Virus record (IMG/VR): IMGVR_UViG_3300027839_000001
Coordinates: 1 to 64,000 of that record
From: a virus
Reading direction: 5' to 3' (one strand)
DNA length: 64,000 nucleotides
A program made the position numbers and the translations under genes. How positions within the stretch are numbered: the stretch's first letter is position 1; each line of letters opens with the position of its first letter. The notes beneath the pieces were generated by a model. It saw only the letters and a program-made list of their open reading frames with translations. It was not told the DNA's origin and searched no databases. This document shows positions 59,413-64,000 of the stretch, piece after piece.

Positions 59413-59850
59413 ATGACAGGAATATGGTCAGCAGGATCTCAGGTATGGTCTATATTCAGACTACTGATCATCGGCGGGGTCATATCTCCAATTCTATACG
59501 CAAACGCTTCGAGCTTTGATCTTGGAGAAGTGCTATCAATCCTTGGAACAATGGGGATAGCAGGCTCAAGCGAAGTTTTGCTACGAATGGCACTGAAGAC
59601 AGACAATCCCAATCATCCTGCATGGTCTATCATAAGACTAGGATTGCTAGGGGTATTTATCTGGCCCATTCTGTACGCAAACGCTTCAAACTTTGATCTC
59701 GGGGAAGTGAGAACCATAGTGGTTACTTTGATACTGGCAAGCGTCGGAGAGGTTGGAGTAAACCTAGTGTCGAGACTGGTCAAGAAGTATCAAGATGATG
59801 GAGAAAAGAATGGATCGGCCAATAGAACTACTAAAGAGAAGGAAGGGTAG
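59413..59850 (+). CDS. multi-pass membrane protein with a duplicated unit (holin candidate)
   Basis: Two copies of WSIxRLxxxGxxIxPILYANASxFDLGEV; charged C-terminal tail. Confidence 0.65.
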   Translation: MTGIWSAGSQVWSIFRLLIIGGVISPILYANASSFDLGEVLSILGTMGIAGSSEVLLRMALKTDNPNHPAWSIIRLGLLGVFIWPILYANASNFDLGEVRTIVVTLILASVGEVGVNLVSRLVKKYQDDGEKNGSANRTTKEKEG

Positions 59851-60052
59851 GAAAGACGGAAGAGTCCGCAAGGATGTAGACAGGGAAGAGAAGAAAAAGA
59901 AGAGGCAAGAGAGAAGGCAAAGCTTTTTCTCTGTAATAGCCGAAGCTATGACCAGGGGTTTTACTGCACAGATGTTCCCGGTACTAGCAGCTAGTATAGC
60001 TGCAATTACAGGTGCGATCATCTTGTTTTTATGGAGGTTATTTGGATCATGA
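59795..60052 (+). CDS. small membrane protein with basic N-terminus
   Basis: K/R-rich segment then one C-terminal TM helix. Confidence 0.55.
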   Translation: MMEKRMDRPIELLKRRKGRKDGRVRKDVDREEKKKKRQERRQSFFSVIAEAMTRGFTAQMFPVLAASIAAITGAIILFLWRLFGS

Positions 60053-60360
60053 ATTTCTTTGGACTAGACACCGGACAATCCATTGGACTCAGCATAGCAG
60101 GCGTTGTCCTTGCTGCACTGGGTATCAACAACTGGACAGATATCACTGCGATGTTCAAGAAGAAAGAGGAACCCTCTAAGCCTGACATAGGCGGTGACTG
60201 CTTCGACGAGCTTCAGTTCGCAGTTGAAAGCCTAACTAAAGTCAAGGGACATGCCGACCCGGTAAACAAACCGCATCTTACCGCTGCCCTAGAGGCCCTG
60301 TCCAAGGTTACCATCAGTGCCTTCATTACATGTGAGGAACACGATGACTCGCAAGTCTAA
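60049..60360 (+). CDS. N-terminally anchored membrane protein
   Basis: TM segment SIGLSIAGVVLAALGI; GGAGG RBS; ATGA overlap. Confidence 0.65.
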   Translation: MNFFGLDTGQSIGLSIAGVVLAALGINNWTDITAMFKKKEEPSKPDIGGDCFDELQFAVESLTKVKGHADPVNKPHLTAALEALSKVTISAFITCEEHDDSQV

Positions 60361-60754
60361 GACCAATCTAATACTGGTTGCCGGACTTGCCTTCAGTTTA
60401 TACTTCACATTTTCCAGTGGAAATAGTGTATTCACTGACACGTTCTCCGATGTAACCAAAGAGATATCAACCGAGTGGGTGATTCCAAGGTCAGGAAGAG
60501 AGTCTTTCTGTACTGCATTGACCGAGGCTGCTGCACTTACAGATGCAACACCTAAGGACATGTACAAATCAGTCAACCCACGGTTCATGGAGCTTGAGAC
60601 TCAGGACGTTACGATTGGGTGGATTGCATTCAGGACAGACCTGATGAACAAGTCTCGTTCACTTCACAATGTCGGTCGATTACCACTGGATAAGCCAGTC
60701 AAGCACGGTGCCTACATAATGGCAGTCAAAGCTGGCATTGAAGCCGCTAAATAG
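60344..60754 (+). CDS. exported/anchored hypothetical protein
   Basis: Basic N-terminus plus hydrophobic helix; GAGGA RBS. Confidence 0.6.
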   Translation: MTRKSKTNLILVAGLAFSLYFTFSSGNSVFTDTFSDVTKEISTEWVIPRSGRESFCTALTEAAALTDATPKDMYKSVNPRFMELETQDVTIGWIAFRTDLMNKSRSLHNVGRLPLDKPVKHGAYIMAVKAGIEAAK

Positions 60755-60768
60755 ATCAGGAGTTTACA

Positions 60769-61713
60769 GTGGAAATTGCCAAGAAGTACATGATAGGAGA
60801 CATGAGCGGGTGGAGGCCAGATCCTAAGCATGCCGCCAACTTCGCAGGTAGAAACCGAACGCCACTGTTCGGTGTATCAGCACCCTTGATCATGAATCAG
60901 CCACGTCGAGAGGTATTCCTTCCGGCGTATCTTTCCATGGTCATGCGAGAGAAGGATAAGGAATGGCGGTATAAATCGCAGTACCAGAAGCGTGGCACGT
61001 GCGTCGGTCAGGGATATAAGCTGTCATGTGACATCGTAATGGCTGTCAACCGACTGATCGGCGGCATGAGATTTCCAGGCCGAGCAGCAGTAGCACCCAT
61101 ATACGCCGGTAGCAGGGTAGAGGTGGCGAATCAAGCGGGCCGATGGGACGGCAGCAATGGTAGCTGGGCATCAGACTGGGTCACAAAATACGGTGTCGTT
61201 CTACTGAAGGAACTGGGCCTACCTGAAGATGCACTCGATTCAGATGAGAAGTTCGCTACGTCATGGGCAGCAAGATCATCAGGCGTACCGGCAGAATACG
61301 AAACGGCTGCACGAGTACGACCAATCAAGAACTCATCACTTGTAACTGACACTGATGAGGTAGCTGCTGGATTGGGAAACCTTCAGCCTGTTCCTATCTG
61401 CACCAGCCTGATCCCTTCACCTAATCGAAACAGGGACGGCATAGCAAGAATGTCCTCTCAGGGCGGGCACTGTACTGTCATTGTAGGCATGCGCAAGGTC
61501 GGAAGAAACTGGGTGTTCGCCTATCACCAGTCTTGGAACGGCTGGGCCAAGGGACACTACGGTTGGCAGAAGCACGATCCAATTAAAGAGTATTCAAGTT
61601 GCATTGTCGATATAACTGAAAGCGACCTAGCCAAGGTGCTTAGGTCAAGAGACTGTTACACGTTGATGGGAGTCAGCGGCACGGAGCCGATTGACACCAC
61701 GTTCTTTATCTAG
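60769..61713 (+). CDS. papain-like (C1) cysteine peptidase
   Basis: QKRGTCVG (Gln...catalytic Cys), GGHC (His), QSW; GTG start inside the palindrome. Confidence 0.78.
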   Translation: MEIAKKYMIGDMSGWRPDPKHAANFAGRNRTPLFGVSAPLIMNQPRREVFLPAYLSMVMREKDKEWRYKSQYQKRGTCVGQGYKLSCDIVMAVNRLIGGMRFPGRAAVAPIYAGSRVEVANQAGRWDGSNGSWASDWVTKYGVVLLKELGLPEDALDSDEKFATSWAARSSGVPAEYETAARVRPIKNSSLVTDTDEVAAGLGNLQPVPICTSLIPSPNRNRDGIARMSSQGGHCTVIVGMRKVGRNWVFAYHQSWNGWAKGHYGWQKHDPIKEYSSCIVDITESDLAKVLRSRDCYTLMGVSGTEPIDTTFFI

Positions 61714-61724
61714 GGAGTAGACAT

Positions 61725-62252
61725 ATGGACACAAAGTCAAGCCTTATCCTCGGAGGCGCTGCTATCATCGCTGCCGCAGCCTTCATGTTTCCACTGGAAA
61801 AAACAGCCGCATCGCCTGACCCATACGCAGCAATGACCGCTGAAGTCCTCAGCGATATTGTCACCCTTCGCTCTCGCGTCAGTGACGTAGAGGATCAGTT
61901 GGCAAGCTTAAGTTCTGAAGTGAATGGAATCGCTGGCTACGTAGACGAACGAGTCGATGGAATGAATAAGGAAATCATGAAGGGTAGCGGCTCAAGCAGT
62001 GAATCAAAAATCATTAGCGAAGAAGAATGGGAGGTGATCGCATCTAGAGGTGGCGTCAAGGTATGCGATGAGAATGGATGTCGCATTCAATACTCACCTG
62101 CCTATAACATGGAACACCACTCCTCAGGCTCAATGAGTTCAAGCTCAAGTTCCAGTGGAAATGGCATCTTTGGCTCTGGCGGTAACAGGCGTGCCAGAGT
62201 TGATGCGCGACGAGAAGACCGATGTGGACTGTTTGGTCGCAAGTGCAACTAG
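61725..62252 (+). CDS. signal-anchored coiled-coil protein
   Basis: Hydrophobic N-terminus, coiled coil, Ser-rich tail, CDENGC. Confidence 0.65.
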   Translation: MDTKSSLILGGAAIIAAAAFMFPLEKTAASPDPYAAMTAEVLSDIVTLRSRVSDVEDQLASLSSEVNGIAGYVDERVDGMNKEIMKGSGSSSESKIISEEEWEVIASRGGVKVCDENGCRIQYSPAYNMEHHSSGSMSSSSSSSGNGIFGSGGNRRARVDARREDRCGLFGRKCN

Positions 62253-62322
62253 AGAGTTCATGATACATGTACGTTACCACATTGCGATGACTTAATCCTA
62301 TCACATAAGCTGGTTGTTAACA

Positions 62323-62667
62323 ATGATTTTTAAGCCAGACAGTAAAGTGGGGCAGGCAGTGAAGAATATAACAGAGTCTACTCCAGTTAGCATAGCGCTA
62401 GTACTTGCGCTATGTGCTGGAGCGTATTGGACAGGCGGAGAGCTTACTGACCTGAAGTCTCGCGTTAGTAATGCTGAAGCAATAGGAAAAGACAACAGGG
62501 AGCTTCTAAACCAACTTACGGAAATATCTGTAGACAACAAGCATAGAATAGATATTTTCGTTGAGAGAATGCTGATGGATGATCGTCGTGAACTTCACGA
62601 CACGGATCTTCTTAATTCATTTCAAAGGAGAATCACAGCACTTGAGGCAAAGTCCAGTGGTAGCTAA
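62323..62667 (+). CDS. membrane-anchored coiled-coil protein
   Basis: TM VSIALVLALCAGAYW followed by heptads. Confidence 0.6.
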   Translation: MIFKPDSKVGQAVKNITESTPVSIALVLALCAGAYWTGGELTDLKSRVSNAEAIGKDNRELLNQLTEISVDNKHRIDIFVERMLMDDRRELHDTDLLNSFQRRITALEAKSSGS

Positions 62668-62704
62668 GACGTAGTTGAACTATACCCTTATTTAAGAGGA
62701 GAGC

Positions 62705-62896
62705 ATGATGGAGCTAATGAAATGGCTGCAAGGAAAGAAAACCTACATAATCGCAATCGCAATGGGAGTCATGGCGATGCTAAAACAGTTGGAGGTTATC
62801 GATCAGGCAATGTTCGATACGCTACTGACATTACTGAGCGGCGGTGGACTCGCTTCGTTCTACGCAATGATGAATCGAAAGAAAGTTGAAAAGTAA
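62705..62896 (+). CDS. small two-TM holin-like protein
   Basis: WLQGKKTYIIA pattern, two hydrophobic helices, basic C-terminus; dual Met start. Confidence 0.6.
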   Translation: MMELMKWLQGKKTYIIAIAMGVMAMLKQLEVIDQAMFDTLLTLLSGGGLASFYAMMNRKKVEK

Positions 62897-63435
62897 TGAA
62901 CATGACAGCAGAACCCCATGATCAGGAAGTTGAAATGAATGACTCACTGACAGAAGTATTCCGAAAGCTTAATCAATCAGGCTTAGAGTACTCAGTCATC
63001 TCTGATTGGAGCACATTGCCTCGGGCATTTCCAGACTCGATGGTAATGCTAGTCAAAGATGCAGAGCGCGTAGCACAAATCCTCGGATGCTCTCAGTTCA
63101 GAGCGACACACCCAGTTATAAGTGTGTCGATTTCCACTGGAAATCTTTCTGAAAAGAACTGCCTTGTTACCCTTATCGAGAAGGGGTCGGGTGCATTTCC
63201 TGAACAGTTCGAGTCGAGAGTTCTCAAGCGGCGTGTCCTTCATGAGGATGTTGTCTACGTACCGGACAACGAGGAGCAGGCTTTGATCTGCCTGTATGTC
63301 GTCATGAGATACGGTAGCTGGGGTTCAATGAGACTCTCCGATAAGTTTGAATCGAAGATGATCTTGGATTACCTGAGCAATCGAGTCGGTAACTTCACGA
63401 CGCCACGAATAGATTTGCTGCGGAATTCAATGTAG
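62896..63435 (+). CDS. hypothetical protein (possibly degenerate nucleotidyltransferase fold)
   Basis: 179 aa; VFRKLNQSGLEYSVI...LP pattern, but no DxD. Confidence 0.55.
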   Translation: MNMTAEPHDQEVEMNDSLTEVFRKLNQSGLEYSVISDWSTLPRAFPDSMVMLVKDAERVAQILGCSQFRATHPVISVSISTGNLSEKNCLVTLIEKGSGAFPEQFESRVLKRRVLHEDVVYVPDNEEQALICLYVVMRYGSWGSMRLSDKFESKMILDYLSNRVGNFTTPRIDLLRNSM

Positions 63436-63461
63436 CCCGTTCTTGGATCTAAGTTGCACAA

Positions 63462-64000
63462 CTAACCTTGAAGCCGAGTGATAGCATCACCTACAATGGT
63501 ACTATCCTCGGCTTTCTTTCTTTGCCTCTGCCATCCATCGTCTCTCAGTACCGACATACCACCGCCTATTGTATACAAAAGGTTGGCTCTCTCGTCATCA
63601 TATAGCGTATCCATAACTGGGTCGTCGCCTATCAATATGACATTTCCCCTATACGATATCAATGATCGTATGAAGGATGAAGGCACCCCGTTGCGGTGAT
63701 CAACTACAATGGTTGGTATGTCTTCGAGTCCAGAAAGCGATTGGAAATCGTCATACGTATTATACATGACGTTCTTAAGCTTCGTCATGCCTACCATCGC
63801 ATCGGCTTTCCATTTAGCTATGCTTACATGGTCACCAAGCATTACGATCTTCTGCCCTACGACGCATGCAAATACATGATTGCAAAAGTCTATGATGTCT
63901 CGGTAGTTGTCCCAGCATAGATGTATCCTGCCATACCTCTTGAAGTCACTCCATGCTTCGGCGTACTGACGGTGCCCCTCAAGTGCATTAATGGCATCGG
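63462..64000 (-). CDS. hypothetical protein, 3' part (starts beyond the right edge)
   Basis: The frame of ORF 63462..63842 stays open to the window edge (hand translation). Confidence 0.65.
   Translation of the reverse strand, partial: DAINALEGHRQYAEAWSDFKRYGRIHLCWDNYRDIIDFCNHVFACVVGQKIVMLGDHVSIAKWKADAMVGMTKLKNVMYNTYDDFQSLSGLEDIPTIVVDHRNGVPSSFIRSLISYRGNVILIGDDPVMDTLYDDERANLLYTIGGGMSVLRDDGWQRQRKKAEDSTIVGDAITRLQG

Larger units (their letters stand above)
105..63143. repeat. Dispersed 13-bp palindrome TTT(C/A)CA-N-TG(G/T)AAA, ~62 exact copies, about one per kb
   Basis: Read directly; copies start at 105, 787, 1342, 2244, 3433, 5057, 5218, 5518, 6956, 7993, 8828, 9919, 11105, 11814, 12824, 13731, 14308, 14891, 16426, 17380, 18641, 19551, 20410, 21522, 21857, 22934, 24308, 25191, 26610, 27448, 28648, 29397, 31109, 31984, 33201, 34057, 34818, 35931, 36765, 37827, 38699, 39987, 40255, 43768, 44790, 45924, 46925, 47659, 48868, 50519, 52304, 53215, 54040, 55836, 57427, 58154, 58339, 59046, 60411, 60763, 61788, 63131. 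Confidence 0.97.

Noticed and set aside
105-63143. Palindrome as a protein-motif artefact, RNA hairpin or restriction site
   Set aside because: It occurs in all three frames and in non-coding DNA; a 1-nt loop cannot fold; restriction sites are typically depleted in phages, not enriched
1-64000. Integrated prophage boundaries
   Set aside because: No integrase, att-adjacent tRNA or host housekeeping genes are visible; the whole window looks phage-derived

Overview
The window is most of a large tailed (probably siphovirus-type) dsDNA phage genome, with no integrase, DNA polymerase, tRNA or CRISPR visible. Several genes resemble Planctomycetota families from memory (excisionase-type HTH, FliA/WhiG sigma factor, RimI-like GNAT, stand-alone alpha-CTD, papain-like C1 peptidase), so a planctomycete host is inferred but not shown. 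Layout: a leftward arm of small hypothetical genes (1-4381); a ~2.6 kb non-coding control region with two repeat families (4382-6970); a rightward replication/regulation module (Cas4-like nuclease, SSB-like protein, ParB, sigma factor, dNMP kinase, a RecD2 helicase split by a MazG insert, a DnaG-type primase fused to an MCM helicase, RuvC); then terminase, portal, protease/scaffold, capsid, tail genes with a -1 frameshift chaperone, tape measure, tail-tip/Cys-rich proteins and a membrane-protein/peptidase cluster. The main finding is a 13-bp palindrome, TTT(C/A)CA-N-TG(G/T)AAA. I counted about 62 exact copies by eye, spaced roughly one per kb along the whole window. About half lie at gene boundaries (several contain the start codon) and half lie inside genes in all three reading frames. 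Its architecture matches the KorB operator (TTTAGC-S-GCTAAA) and the phage encodes an orphan ParB/KorB-family protein, suggesting a genome-wide protein-coating or regulatory system. Copies of the site also bound two apparent gene insertions.
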